Assembly: GCA_021108005.1 (NCBI GenBank)
Contig: JAIORS010000013.1
Span: 24,291 to 88,290, forward strand
Direction of reading: 5' to 3'
Origin: Candidatus Aegiribacteria sp.
Lineage (GTDB): Bacteria; Fermentibacterota; Fermentibacteria; Fermentibacterales; JCC-6
Length of the DNA: 64,000 bases
Each line of letters starts with the position of its first letter. The stretch's first letter is position 1. Below are positions 9,252 to 19,940 of the stretch, piece by piece. The position numbers were made by a program, and so were the translations under genes. The notes beneath the pieces were generated by a model. That model saw only the letters and a list, made by a program, of their open reading frames with translations. It was not told where the DNA came from and made no database searches.

Positions 9252-12200
9252 TTAGTCTATGCAGGGGAAAAGCATGTACAGGGAACATTTGTCTTCATTC
9301 ATGAAAAGAGCAGCACCAGTAAGTCGCAATATCATACACAGCAGAGATATCTCCGAGGCAGGAGGTATCCCTCCCGAACAATCCACAGGTGTAGTCAGAT
9401 CGCAAAATCCTTCAGAAATATTCTTCAAGGGGCTCCCGTCCGCCTTGCGGATATTCAGTTGTACGTACTGCTCAACTCCATTGGACAGACCCTCCCTGTT
9501 TTTAAGATTTTTTCTTTTTATGACAGATATCTTAAAGGCGGGTGCTATTTCAGAACAGACAATACTGCATAAATGCACCGTAACCTGCTGCATAAGGTCA
9601 ATATTGCCTGAAATATCGTATAGCCCTCCCAATATGGAGATATCCGGAGAAAGCATACCTGCTTCAGCGAACGATGACATTACCTTATCAAGATAGAATT
9701 CAGTGTTTACCCTTTCAGGAATGGTATTCAACGACATCTGTATCAGGTGAAGATATTGGTAACCCTTGTCCATCCCCTCGAAAGCGTACTTTGCTGTATT
9801 TAAAACAGCCGCTACTGGATGATCAGGGTTAAGAACTTCTTTAATACGCAGGAAGCCCATACTGATGGAAGCAATAAGACTGTCCAGCATGTCCCTCAGC
9901 GCAATTCCCGATGCTTCGGCTATATCCAGGTATTTAAGATGTGTTGTATATGAAGGGTCGGATACTGGCCACCATATGATCAGTGCCTCCCCTTCATGTC
10001 CATCAAGAGACACAGCAGCCATCTGTATATAATCACCGCTGTCAGTTTTGAGTTTCATATTCAGTCTGCCCTTTTTCAGTATGCCTGATATTGACGCATC
10101 CAGATATGACCATTCAGTGCCGGAGAACGTATCGTAAACTGTCCGGTTGGAAACGACTCCATCTGTTATATCCATCCAGGTGGACAGAAGTATCCTGCCG
10201 CTGCTGTTTGAGATGAGGAATTTGCCAGCTGCCCTCTCCGCAATAAGTACAAATCGCCTTCCTATGGCTGCCTTTTCAAGTTCGACACAGGTTCTGGCAA
10301 CGTTTCGGGTAAAATCCTTCATGACGGAGTATTCTTTTCCACCTTGAAACAGGCATTCTCCTATTATCTCGGTATCGGTTTCCAGTGAAAGTGTCCATTG
10401 GCGTAAGGCTTCCGCATCAGTTTTCTGATCGTAGGAAGTTCTGGTAACGGGATTTATACCTCGGATCTTCAGAGTAACCCTGGACGCTCCGGATATTTCA
10501 AGCAACGCAGCTGCTGCTGCCTCTTCAATCCTGATTCGGTCCGAAGCTGAAAGCAGGGCCGATGTTCCTCTGCTCAATGCGGAATATATCTCGGCTGCTT
10601 TTTTGGCTGAATTAATACTATAGGTATCATCGGATTTCACACCGGCAATGATTATAACGGGTTCCAGATTTCTACCTTCCACCGATTCCGTTCTAAACAG
10701 GCGCCAGGTGCACCTGGTAGTATCTCCATTCTGATTTTCAACTTCCCATGATTCAGGGAATTCCGAAGATCCGTTTCTGATATATTTCTGGGCTGCACTG
10801 ATTCCGCCTATACCATGGAAAAGAATATTCGCGGCAAGCTCTGACCTGCTGGAAGCAAGATCGAATGATACATCGGTTAATTCCTCCATAGGTCTATTCC
10901 ATAGTATAACCGACCAGTCGATCCTGAAAATGGCAACAGGGACATCAAGTGAATCGATGACGGTACTGGCTAGTTTACTTTGCCTGCCGATCAGAAGATC
11001 CAGGTGCTCGATCTCCGTCTCATACTCGTTGGCATTGAAATGCGCCATGACAATTCTAGCGGAAATTTCTGCAAGGGAAAAAGCATCCGACGATAAATTG
11101 CTTTTCGTGTTAGCCATAACAATATACCCGAAGGTTTTTCTTTCCGATTCAAGTGGAAATACAAGACAGTTATCAAACCAGGTATTAAGAACTCCAATAT
11201 CGTCTCCCGTGATTCTGTATCCTGTATCGGATTCCATTAGCACAGGTGCCAGCCTTAACTCCGAAAAGGCTTCAGGGACATCATCCGGCCAGCTGGATGT
11301 ACTGCCTTTTAGTCTGCTGTCCGAGAGGGGGTCGGAAAGATAGATTGCCACAGCATCTGCAGAAATGCAATCCTGAAGTCTTTCTGCGATTTCATCAGAG
11401 CTGAGTGTTCTACCGGATTGCAGATCATCAGCCAGCTGGTTTACTCTTTTAACCGTCTCCAGGTTGTTTCTGTAACTTTCGTTCATAATTGTGATTTCTG
11501 AAATATCCTCAAATATTCCAACCGCATAGAATACTTCCCCTGAATCCTCCATAATTGGATGAACGTCCTGGAGAATTATCTTTCTGGTTTTATCTGGAAG
11601 AGTGAAACGGGCAGTTCTGGCATTCTCCTTTTCCTTTGAGTTGTCTACGAAAAATGGTCTGGTCTGGTCTTCTATGATCTCATAACTTTCGCTAGGTAGA
11701 ATTTCATGAAGGTGGATACCAAGCAGGTTTTCCACCAGCCCGAACATGCGGCCGAAAGCTCTGTTCGCAACGAGAATCCTGTAATCTTTATCGAACAGAA
11801 CCAGGCCGGTACTCACGGAATGAAAGTATGCCTGATTCATCTTTCTGCTTGTTCTGAGTCGGTTTTCGGCCTGAAAGCTCTCGGTTGTATCGAAACAGGT
11901 GCCCACCAGACCACTTCCACCTGGTGATAATGTGCACTCAATTCTCCGCTGAGCATCCGGACGGCAGATTACTTTGATCTGTTTGCCATCCAACACCATC
12001 TTTATGACATTATCCCATGAATACAGAACCGGAGATACAAGAACATCCTGCAAGTTCTTACCTATTATGTGCTTCTGGGGAACTCTGAATATGCTGGACA
12101 TCGCTTTGTTCCAAAGTGTTATACTGCCGGTTCTATCTGTTCCTACAATACCCGCACCAAGTTCATCAAGCATGATATTGCTGCGATTCTGGAATCCGGC

Positions 12201-12503
12201 AGTACCGAATAGAATTATCTCGGCCTGTTCCCTAACAGTGGTTACCGAACCGGTGAGAGATGATGTGGACAGATAAATCGGGATATCCGGTAACCCGCTG
12301 GCCAGAACGTTTGCCAGCTCGGTGGGTAGAAGGCTAAGAGGTTCAGTTGAGTTTATCAGCCTTCGCGCACTTACTCCCAGTAAGCCTTCACTGTCACCGG
12401 AAACAAGCAATGCACCTGAATCCGGAGTCCAGCTGATTCTTACCCATCCACGGGAAGTGGAATCTCCTGAATCAGTTTTCATTAAATTCGCTCTCATAGT
12501 CAA
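9252..12503 (-). CDS. Large multi-PAS/GAF sensor protein with a degenerate histidine-kinase-like C-terminus
   Basis: 1083 aa. Several PAS-like blocks (e.g. GSITLWNKAMSSIFRVPQKHIIGKNL; ILVANRAFGRMFG; VILWNRPMEELT). The C-terminal approx 230 aa look DHp/HATPase_c-like, but the canonical H-box His and G2-box are not evident. Confidence 0.75.
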   Translation of the reverse strand: MTMRANLMKTDSGDSTSRGWVRISWTPDSGALLVSGDSEGLLGVSARRLINSTEPLSLLPTELANVLASGLPDIPIYLSTSSLTGSVTTVREQAEIILFGTAGFQNRSNIMLDELGAGIVGTDRTGSITLWNKAMSSIFRVPQKHIIGKNLQDVLVSPVLYSWDNVIKMVLDGKQIKVICRPDAQRRIECTLSPGGSGLVGTCFDTTESFQAENRLRTSRKMNQAYFHSVSTGLVLFDKDYRILVANRAFGRMFGLVENLLGIHLHEILPSESYEIIEDQTRPFFVDNSKEKENARTARFTLPDKTRKIILQDVHPIMEDSGEVFYAVGIFEDISEITIMNESYRNNLETVKRVNQLADDLQSGRTLSSDEIAERLQDCISADAVAIYLSDPLSDSRLKGSTSSWPDDVPEAFSELRLAPVLMESDTGYRITGDDIGVLNTWFDNCLVFPLESERKTFGYIVMANTKSNLSSDAFSLAEISARIVMAHFNANEYETEIEHLDLLIGRQSKLASTVIDSLDVPVAIFRIDWSVILWNRPMEELTDVSFDLASSRSELAANILFHGIGGISAAQKYIRNGSSEFPESWEVENQNGDTTRCTWRLFRTESVEGRNLEPVIIIAGVKSDDTYSINSAKKAAEIYSALSRGTSALLSASDRIRIEEAAAAALLEISGASRVTLKIRGINPVTRTSYDQKTDAEALRQWTLSLETDTEIIGECLFQGGKEYSVMKDFTRNVARTCVELEKAAIGRRFVLIAERAAGKFLISNSSGRILLSTWMDITDGVVSNRTVYDTFSGTEWSYLDASISGILKKGRLNMKLKTDSGDYIQMAAVSLDGHEGEALIIWWPVSDPSYTTHLKYLDIAEASGIALRDMLDSLIASISMGFLRIKEVLNPDHPVAAVLNTAKYAFEGMDKGYQYLHLIQMSLNTIPERVNTEFYLDKVMSSFAEAGMLSPDISILGGLYDISGNIDLMQQVTVHLCSIVCSEIAPAFKISVIKRKNLKNREGLSNGVEQYVQLNIRKADGSPLKNISEGFCDLTTPVDCSGGIPPASEISLLCMILRLTGAALFMNEDKCSLYMLFPCID

Positions 12504-12520
12504 CGATGAAATCGTTCAAA

Positions 12521-13651
12521 CTAAATCATGTACTGCAGTCCAATACAGAAATGAGTCCAGGAATCATCAATATAATCCGAATATTCTTTGGGGAAAGATG
12601 TGCTGATCCGGGATCTGCCCATATGAGATAACGCTAAGTCTACTTGCATTGGGCCTGACTGGAAGTTTCCTCCTATGGAGAAAGCCAATCCTACGCGGTT
12701 CATGTTCGCTCCCTCATTGAATCCGACGCCTGCCATAATGTTGATATTATGCTTTATGGGAGTCTCAATAGAGAGTTTTCCGTGAAAATAGTTCTTGTTA
12801 AACGGATCAATTATTTCACCCTCAAAACCCATCGTAGTATTACCGATGTGTTCGGCCCTGGCTTTACCCGAAAGTGCTAAAGAAGAATAGTAATGATCGG
12901 AAGAACCTGAAGTGTAGCACGCGCCAGCGGCTATTCCATCATCCCCTAGAATGAATCCCGCGTGATAGCATGCTTCGGACATATCCCAGCTCCAGGAAGC
13001 AGTTGAATCAACAAATGGAGTGTACTTCCTATCGAAGCTGTAATCGTAACTAACTTCACCGAATCTCAATCCTGCGGATACTCCTGCTGCAAAATTATCG
13101 GTAACACTACACGAAACACCTCCAAGAGCTTCCCAAAGACCTCCTTTGGCCGTTAATCTTTCAAAAATATCAATCCCGGGATGGGAAGGATCATCGGGCA
13201 GATAATGGGTTCCGTTATACTGGAAATCCGATACCTTTGCAACACCGGCTCCTATAACCAGATCCGGTCCGGTCCTGAAAGCCATTGCACCTGTAGCTGA
13301 ACCAAATCCTGCTTCCGCCCGTTGTATTATACTGGTAGTGTCAACAACCTCCTCCGTCCAGGCAAGAAAAGATGAGGAGGCAGTCATATTGAAACTGTTT
13401 ACTTCGGAAAGGGTGGCAGGATTAAGAAATAGTGCGGAGGCTCCCTTAGCACCAAATACCCTGATACCAGCCATGGCAGCAGATCTGATGCTGACAACAT
13501 TTACGGTGTTTCCATAAGTTTGAGCGTCGTGAAATCCATACCCGAGACTTGCTTCAGGAACAATAAACAGAATCAGGATTAGTGTAATAAGAGTCGATAC
13601 TGCTTGTGCGGTTCGTCCCTGTGAAAATACGGAATTTGAGAAATCGGGCAT
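12521..13651 (-). CDS. Outer-membrane beta-barrel protein (PorV/FadL-like, weak), paralogue of 14218..15294
   Basis: Signal-anchor after MPDFSN..., alternating beta-strand pattern, and a shared block GLRFGEVSYDYSF with the neighbour. ATG at 13651 follows AAAGGA. The track start at 13729 adds 26 aa. Confidence 0.6.
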   Translation of the reverse strand: MPDFSNSVFSQGRTAQAVSTLITLILILFIVPEASLGYGFHDAQTYGNTVNVVSIRSAAMAGIRVFGAKGASALFLNPATLSEVNSFNMTASSSFLAWTEEVVDTTSIIQRAEAGFGSATGAMAFRTGPDLVIGAGVAKVSDFQYNGTHYLPDDPSHPGIDIFERLTAKGGLWEALGGVSCSVTDNFAAGVSAGLRFGEVSYDYSFDRKYTPFVDSTASWSWDMSEACYHAGFILGDDGIAAGACYTSGSSDHYYSSLALSGKARAEHIGNTTMGFEGEIIDPFNKNYFHGKLSIETPIKHNINIMAGVGFNEGANMNRVGLAFSIGGNFQSGPMQVDLALSHMGRSRISTSFPKEYSDYIDDSWTHFCIGLQYMI

Positions 13652-13772
13652 AATTAATTCCTTTCTTGTGATTGTTATTGTCCCTCCAATGATACAAACA
13701 GCTGGTAGTAAAATCAATATTGCGCTCAATTAAATGATAAGCATATTATCTGAACAGATGAAAGGGGCTTTC

Positions 13773-14216
13773 ATGGAGAAAACACTTGCTATTCTTAAGC
13801 CGAATGCGGTACAGAGAGAACTGGTCGGTGAGCTGATATCCAAATTCGAGAGAAGGGGAATGAAGATAACTGCTATGAAACTTACAAGAATCTCCCCGAA
13901 AACAGCAGAGCAGCATTACGAAGAACACAAGGGCAAAGAGTTCTATAAAGGTCTGATCTCCTTTATCACAAGCGGGCCGTCGGTTATCATGATTTTAGAA
14001 TCTATGGACGCAGTTGAAATAGTCAGGTCAATGGTGGGAGCAACCAATCCCGCAGAAGCCGCCTCCGGAACTATAAGAGGTGATTATGCAACCAGTCCCG
14101 GCCATAACATGATACATGCGTCCGATTCTATTGAATCAGCAAAAAGAGAAATAGAACTTTTCTTCAGACCTGAGGAAGTGCATGAATACCGTCTTGCTGT
14201 AAGGCCCTGGCTTTAA
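13773..14216 (+). CDS. ndk: Nucleoside diphosphate kinase
   Basis: MEKTLAILKPNAV...NMIHASDS active-site motif. ATG at 13773 gives the standard length. Confidence 0.95.
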   Translation: MEKTLAILKPNAVQRELVGELISKFERRGMKITAMKLTRISPKTAEQHYEEHKGKEFYKGLISFITSGPSVIMILESMDAVEIVRSMVGATNPAEAASGTIRGDYATSPGHNMIHASDSIESAKREIELFFRPEEVHEYRLAVRPWL

Positions 14217-14217
14217 C

Positions 14218-15294
14218 CTATAGATTCCAGTCAAATCCGAAGGAAAGTAATGACTGCGACAGGTTGATATCAGAATTGTCCCATTCTGAGAAAACGCAGG
14301 ATTCTCTTTTTATCGAAGACCAGGAAAACGCTCCATTGAGTGTTATTCTTCCAAGGACAACTCCCGAACCTACGGATAGGCCCATTCCCTGGCTCTCAAT
14401 GTCCCCATTCCTGTCAATAAAGGATAACGCACCCCTGAATGCAAGGGTGCTGGACGACATTATCTGTCCGATAATCCTGGCTTCCAGGTTATTGGCATCT
14501 CCCGGATCAACGATTTCAGCCTCTATTCCAAGAGCTCCCTGCTTCGATTCCCCGGTATAAAGCATTCCTCCAGCGGCAATTCGAGCATCGTAATGATCTG
14601 TGGCGGATGCCCATGAAATACCTATGCTGCTGAGACTGAGAGGAATCATGATTCCAGCATGCCAGCAGAAATCGCTTTCGTTCCATCCTGTCGAAACAGT
14701 TGTGTCGTTTTCAGGTTCAACTCTGTCCTCGTATGTGGAATCGTAACTGATCTCTCCGAACCGCAACCCACCAGATAAACCCACATTAATCCAGTTTTCC
14801 GGTTGCCATGAAAAACCTGCAGCTGTTTCGAACAGACCACCGTGAGAATTGAGTTCCACTGATTCGATGATTGTACCCGATACAGCTTCCCTGTTATAAT
14901 ATTTGCCTTCAAACGAAAAATCCGATATCCTTGCTATTCCAGCTGCCAGGGCAAGCTTACGACTCGCCTGGAATTTGATCGCAGCCGAAAGATTAGCCAG
15001 GGCAATCCAGTTGTAATCATGGATTCCTGTAGTGTCTTCAAAGGATTCAGTGATTACAGCGGGACCTACTGACATCGAAAAAGTGGTTCCAGGAACCCTG
15101 TAAATGTCGGCAGGATTGGTCAGAATAGACAAGGCATCCCCAAAACCTATTGCTCTTGCTCCGCCAAGCCCCAGTGTAACGGCATTGTATCCGAGAATGG
15201 ATGTGCCGTTCCCGTTGGCATCAGCGTATCCGAAACCAAAGGTAATGCATGGAACGACAAGCAGCATAATTGCAGAAAACAGCATAGTTTTCAT
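14218..15294 (-). CDS. Outer-membrane beta-barrel protein (PorV/FadL-like, weak), paralogue of 12521..13651
   Basis: Signal peptide MKTMLFSAIMLLVVPCITFG, an N-terminal GLGGARAIGFGDA...NPA motif, and beta-strand periodicity to the C-terminus. Confidence 0.65.
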   Translation of the reverse strand: MKTMLFSAIMLLVVPCITFGFGYADANGNGTSILGYNAVTLGLGGARAIGFGDALSILTNPADIYRVPGTTFSMSVGPAVITESFEDTTGIHDYNWIALANLSAAIKFQASRKLALAAGIARISDFSFEGKYYNREAVSGTIIESVELNSHGGLFETAAGFSWQPENWINVGLSGGLRFGEISYDSTYEDRVEPENDTTVSTGWNESDFCWHAGIMIPLSLSSIGISWASATDHYDARIAAGGMLYTGESKQGALGIEAEIVDPGDANNLEARIIGQIMSSSTLAFRGALSFIDRNGDIESQGMGLSVGSGVVLGRITLNGAFSWSSIKRESCVFSEWDNSDINLSQSLLSFGFDWNL

Positions 15295-15331
15295 ATTGTC
15301 TCCCTGTTCAGTAAATCAATTTAGAACACAG

Positions 15332-15363
15332 TTACCGCCGGCAGCCGAAGCTGCCGACGGTAA
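15332..15363 (-). terminator. 14-bp stem / UUCG-tetraloop hairpin between the oxidoreductase operon and the OMP gene
   Basis: Minus-strand RNA: UUACCGUCGGCAGC-UUCG-GCUGCCGGCGGUAA, fully paired with one G-U. The downstream tract is only moderately U-rich. Confidence 0.55.
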
Positions 15364-15373
15364 TTGTTATTCT

Positions 15374-16819
15374 TCAGGAAAAATTATCCTTGACGTAGTT
15401 GTATCCCCTCTGAACAGCCTCTTCGTTCAGCTTGATGACCGATTCTGGTTTGCCTGCGAACAGAGAAGACATAAGATTCTTTATTTCACCAGGATCGAAC
15501 ATCCCTGTAACAGCTGCAAAGGCTCCTACATTAACCATACTCTGGAATCTCGTGTCACCGAGTTCGTCAGCTATACCTGTAATGGGTATGCTATAAACCT
15601 TTACATCCCTGCGGGTTGGTTGAATGTCAATAAGCGTGCTGTTGTATATGATCACACCATCGGGAAGGAGTATTTTCTCGAATTTCTCGAGGCTGGGCTG
15701 GTTCATGGCGATGATCATGTTGGGTTCAGTACACTCGGATGCGCCTATGGTATCTGCCTGAATTTTAACCGAACAATTCGCGGTGCCTCCGCGCATTTCA
15801 GGGCCGTAGGACGGAAGCCAGCTCACACTGTAGCCGTATTCCATTCCAACGTTGGCCAGGGCAATACCCGTTGACATTATACCCTGTCCTCCAAAGCCGG
15901 CTACCCTCAGAGCTACCTTTTTGAATGCAGCATTCGGGTTCTTATCAAGGTTCGAGTCGCTGAGAGCTTCGAATCCGAGAATTTTTTTGACCTCATCAGG
16001 ATCCATTTCAGGTACAGGACGTTCAACAGCTGGTGCATCTTCAGAAATATCTCTGAGTGTACCAAGAGGGAACCTCGGTATCATGTTTTCTTTAATCCAC
16101 CCCTGAGCTGGCACGGCATCCATCTTCCATCCGCTGGGACACATGCTGAGTACCTCAACAAAGGAAAACCCCTTCTTGTCCATAGCGTTCTTTATGCCTT
16201 TTCGCACGGCTGCCCTGGTCTTCCTGATATTGGGCATGTCATGAAGAGATGTTCTTGCTACGAATACGGGAGCGGTCAGCTGATTGATGATTTCGCACAC
16301 CTGCAGGGGGTAACCGTCCGTTTTGGGATCTCGGCCATAGGGGGTAGTAGTGGTTTTCTGTCCCTCAAGTGTAGTCGGTGCCATCTGTCCGCCGGTCATA
16401 CCGTAAATGGCGTTATTAACGAAGAAAACAACCATGTTCTCTCCGCGGTTCGCAGCCTGGAGAATGTTGTTACCTCCGATTGCAGCAAGGTCTCCATCAC
16501 CCTGGTAACTAATCACTATCGAATCGGGATTAGCCCTGGAAACTGCGGTAGCAACAGCTGGAGCCCTTCCGTGCGCAACCTGAAGGTTTCCGGTGTGGAA
16601 ATAGTAATACGCAAATACACTGCAGCCAACGGGACTTATTACTATTGTTTTTTCTACAATGTCATAATCTTCAAGGGCTTCTGCAATGAGCTTATGCAGG
16701 ATTCCATGACCGCAACCAGGACAGTAATGTGTCCTGTCCTTCTCAGCCCCCGGCTTATGCTTGTAAACATCGATGAAACCTTTTGGTTTTCTGAGTACTG
16801 TTTTCTGAGCCATAATCAC
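15374..16819 (-). CDS. 2-oxoacid:ferredoxin oxidoreductase, beta (TPP-binding) subunit fused to gamma subunit
   Basis: N-terminal half has CPGCGHG and GDGD...NN..YGMTGGQ TPP motifs. The C-terminal half ([10 protein letters not shown]...GPEMRGG) is gamma-like. GTG at 16819 or ATG at 16813. Confidence 0.9.
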   Translation of the reverse strand: MIMAQKTVLRKPKGFIDVYKHKPGAEKDRTHYCPGCGHGILHKLIAEALEDYDIVEKTIVISPVGCSVFAYYYFHTGNLQVAHGRAPAVATAVSRANPDSIVISYQGDGDLAAIGGNNILQAANRGENMVVFFVNNAIYGMTGGQMAPTTLEGQKTTTTPYGRDPKTDGYPLQVCEIINQLTAPVFVARTSLHDMPNIRKTRAAVRKGIKNAMDKKGFSFVEVLSMCPSGWKMDAVPAQGWIKENMIPRFPLGTLRDISEDAPAVERPVPEMDPDEVKKILGFEALSDSNLDKNPNAAFKKVALRVAGFGGQGIMSTGIALANVGMEYGYSVSWLPSYGPEMRGGTANCSVKIQADTIGASECTEPNMIIAMNQPSLEKFEKILLPDGVIIYNSTLIDIQPTRRDVKVYSIPITGIADELGDTRFQSMVNVGAFAAVTGMFDPGEIKNLMSSLFAGKPESVIKLNEEAVQRGYNYVKDNFS

Positions 16820-17868
16820 ACCCCATACAGTTCGGAGACCTTTTCAAGGATCTCCAGGGCAGTCGGAACGTTGCCACCCATTCTATTGTAAAGTTCGGAA
16901 ATCATCTTCCCTTTCAGCGCAAGATTCACATCGTCTATCAGCTGACCGTCAGACATTTCAACAGTGAGAATTCCCTTGATTCCCCTGTCCGTAAACTGAG
17001 CGATCTCTTTTACAGGGAACGGAAAGAGAGTTATAGGCCTGAACATACCCAGTTTGACCCCTCTTTCCCGGGCAAGGTCAACAGCGGAACGAATTACGCG
17101 GCTGCAACTTCCATAACCAATTGCAACGATCTCGGCATCGTCCATCCTGTACTCCTCCACCCTTACTTCGTTTTTCCTGATGGTATCATACTTCTTCCCC
17201 ATCTCTCTGTTCCATCGTTCCAGGTCATCATGATCAAGGTAGATGGAATTGATGAGATGCCTGGAATCGGCAGTTCCGTAAACAGCCCAATCGCTTTTGT
17301 CAGGGAGTTCCGTTACCGGCTCTGGAAGCTCAACGGCTTCCATCATCTGACCAATGACACCGTCAGTAAGCACATAAACAGGATTTCTGTACTTATCCGC
17401 CAGTTCGAACGCCAGCATAGTCAGGTCGCACATTTCCTGTGCTGAGTTAGGAGCAAGTACAATAACTTTATAGTTACCGTGTCCGCCACCCTTTACTACC
17501 TGATTGTAATCGCTCTGTTCAGGGCCGATGTTACCAAGACCCGGGCCGCCTCGCATGATGTCTATTATCACACATGGGAGAGCTGAGCCTGCACAGTAGG
17601 AAATACCCTCCTGCTTAAGGCTGATTCCGGGGCCGGAGCTGCCGGTCATAACCCTCTGTCCGCATCCCGCTGCTCCGTAAACCATGTTGATCGCGGAAAC
17701 CTCACTTTCGGATTGAACGAACGTCCTTCCGAATTTCGGAAAGAGTGCGGAGGCTGATTCCGCTATTTCGCTGGCAGGTGTAATGGGATAACCATAGTAT
17801 GCCTTGCAGCCAGCAAGAATAGCGCCATATACGGCGGCATAGTTCCCTTTCATTAATTTTCGAGGCAT
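16816..17868 (-). CDS. 2-oxoacid:ferredoxin oxidoreductase, alpha subunit
   Basis: [30 protein letters not shown] is the typical Kor/Por/Vor alpha N-terminus. 350 aa. Confidence 0.9.
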   Translation of the reverse strand: MPRKLMKGNYAAVYGAILAGCKAYYGYPITPASEIAESASALFPKFGRTFVQSESEVSAINMVYGAAGCGQRVMTGSSGPGISLKQEGISYCAGSALPCVIIDIMRGGPGLGNIGPEQSDYNQVVKGGGHGNYKVIVLAPNSAQEMCDLTMLAFELADKYRNPVYVLTDGVIGQMMEAVELPEPVTELPDKSDWAVYGTADSRHLINSIYLDHDDLERWNREMGKKYDTIRKNEVRVEEYRMDDAEIVAIGYGSCSRVIRSAVDLARERGVKLGMFRPITLFPFPVKEIAQFTDRGIKGILTVEMSDGQLIDDVNLALKGKMISELYNRMGGNVPTALEILEKVSELYGV

Positions 17869-18123
17869 CTAACTCACCTCCTCTGGCACATAATTCTTCA
17901 AGTATAGTGTAACTGCGCTGGGTTCCGGGCATGTATAGTAACAATTACCACACCCGATGCAGCCCTCACCAACGTACTCGGAATAGTGAAATCCCTTTGA
18001 ATTCAGTTTCTCAGATATCACCAATACGTTCGTTGGGCACGCTGCAATACACAGCTTACACCCCTTGCAGATATCTGGATCAATCTCGGGAAATGGGTAT
18101 TTCCTGCTTTCGTTCACTGGCAA
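17869..18123 (-). CDS. 4Fe-4S ferredoxin-type delta subunit
   Basis: Two CxxCxxCxxxCP clusters (CKGCKLCIAACP; CIGCGNCYYTCP). Directly abuts the alpha subunit gene. Confidence 0.85.
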   Translation of the reverse strand: MPVNESRKYPFPEIDPDICKGCKLCIAACPTNVLVISEKLNSKGFHYSEYVGEGCIGCGNCYYTCPEPSAVTLYLKNYVPEEVS

Positions 18124-18239
18124 ACCTCCCGGTTCATGTTATTGATTTAATGAATAAAATACTATTATGACAATTGTTGTAAAGATGAATTAATATATGT
18201 TTCAAGTCAACGCAAATCGCACCAAATCGAATATTGAAA

Positions 18240-19850
18240 TCATGGGTAGACTTCCAGGTCGGTTCCGTCCGTTGTCATTATGAATGTACCGTCCTGATCT
18301 GTTCTGTATATAAATGCCCCGTAATTTTCAATTCTCTGTATAACTTCGCTGTGGGGATGACCGTATGAATTTCCATAGCCGACTTCTATTGCAGCGTAAT
18401 TCGGGTCAACCGCCTGCAGCCAGGAGTGGGAAGTTGAAGTATACGAACCATGGTGACCAACTTTCAGGACATCAGCCGAAATATCATCTATTATTCCCTG
18501 GTTCAAAGCATCGAGAATTACGTTTTCTCCGCCGCTGGTTTCAAGATCACCGGTGAACAGGAAAGAAACACTTCCATAAGTTACCCTCAGAACTATGGAC
18601 GCGTTATTCGGATTCGTACCGAGAGGCTCCACAGGATGAATGCACTCAACGGTAAGACTATCATCCCAATCGAGAATATCTCCCCTTCTGGGGGTGATGT
18701 AATCTGCACCGTTGTCAAAGATCGCCTGCAGATATTCCAAGTAAGTTGATGTAGAATAGGAGAAGCCTGAATCCCATACTGTCGTCACCGGTACACTATC
18801 GAGAACACCGATCAGCCCTCCTATATGATCCGAATGGGGATGTGTGCCTACGATTCCGTCGAGGCTGTCTACACCCAGGCTGTCAAGTATCGGCAGCACT
18901 TCTTCAACTCCGCAGCTCCAGCTTCCCGATCTGTCCCCGCCGTCAATCAGGTAATAGTAGTTCTCAGGGGTTCTAAGGAGAATGACATCCCCGGAATAGT
19001 AATTGTTATGCGAAGGGTCAATGAAAAACACGGTCAGCAGAGGTGTCAGATCCGGAATTGCAACCGATACTTCGTTGCTCCATGTACTCAGCTGCGATTC
19101 GTTGATTGTTTCTACGGCGTAGTAGTAAGTAGTAAGCCCTTCAACATCGTTATCCTCGAAATTTGTATTATTGCTTCCCTCCGCTACAGCCACAATTTCG
19201 GCCAGTGAGGGATCATTCTCTATATTGTGGCTCTCGGATCTGTAAAGTTTATAGCAATAAAAATCACTGTCCGGACATTCGGTCCATTCCAGTGTAATTT
19301 GGCCGAATGTATCATCTCCGGTGTAAGATCCGGATAATGTGGAGGGAGAAGGTGGTGTAGCTGCAGAAACAACAACTGAATCCTCATTACTCCATGAATC
19401 AATATCGTCCTCATTAACAGTCCGGACTGCGTAATAGTATGTGTTTCCCGCGATGATGCCGGTGTCTAACCAGGAAGTACCTGAAACCGATGTGAATATC
19501 ACACTTGTGTCGGCAGCTTCAATATTGGACGGGATTCCGGGTGTATCTGAACGGTAGATTGCGTACCAGGCGAAATTGTCATCAGGGCACTGGGTCCATA
19601 CGGCATGTGCCTGGAATCCGCCTTTGCTATTTCTTTCAATGGTAACTTCGCTTCTGTCCGAACATTCTTCGGACAAGGCTGATGAAACGGTGGTTTCATT
19701 GTCCTTAATAGCATCTGTCTCTTCAAGTGTAACTGTAAGAATTGATGCTGTGGGATCGGAAACGTCCAGAGGCCCCGATGTATCGCCGCAGGATAACAAC
19801 GAAACAACAAAGGTGGTTAATATTATAGAAACAATAAGTATATTTTTCAT
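18240..19850 (-). CDS. Lipoprotein with two FN3-like modules and a C-terminal MBL-fold (ComEC-type) hydrolase domain
   Basis: Lipobox LLSCG. Duplicated W..CPD.DF..Y.LYRS...YYYAV modules. MBL motif HPHSDHIGG and downstream GHHGS. Confidence 0.75.
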   Translation of the reverse strand: MKNILIVSIILTTFVVSLLSCGDTSGPLDVSDPTASILTVTLEETDAIKDNETTVSSALSEECSDRSEVTIERNSKGGFQAHAVWTQCPDDNFAWYAIYRSDTPGIPSNIEAADTSVIFTSVSGTSWLDTGIIAGNTYYYAVRTVNEDDIDSWSNEDSVVVSAATPPSPSTLSGSYTGDDTFGQITLEWTECPDSDFYCYKLYRSESHNIENDPSLAEIVAVAEGSNNTNFEDNDVEGLTTYYYAVETINESQLSTWSNEVSVAIPDLTPLLTVFFIDPSHNNYYSGDVILLRTPENYYYLIDGGDRSGSWSCGVEEVLPILDSLGVDSLDGIVGTHPHSDHIGGLIGVLDSVPVTTVWDSGFSYSTSTYLEYLQAIFDNGADYITPRRGDILDWDDSLTVECIHPVEPLGTNPNNASIVLRVTYGSVSFLFTGDLETSGGENVILDALNQGIIDDISADVLKVGHHGSYTSTSHSWLQAVDPNYAAIEVGYGNSYGHPHSEVIQRIENYGAFIYRTDQDGTFIMTTDGTDLEVYP

Positions 19851-19916
19851 TAATAACCTCCAGAAATCATTCAGCAGCAGCTGAAATATACTCTCATCTG
19901 CAAAGCTCCGCTATCC

Positions 19917-19940
19917 AAGGTCGGACTTACTTTTCTTACC
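19917..19940. repeat. Left arm of 24-bp inverted repeat (AAGGTCGGACTTACTTTTCTTACC)
   Basis: The reverse complement of 20356..20379 matches at 23 of 24 positions. Confidence 0.85.
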
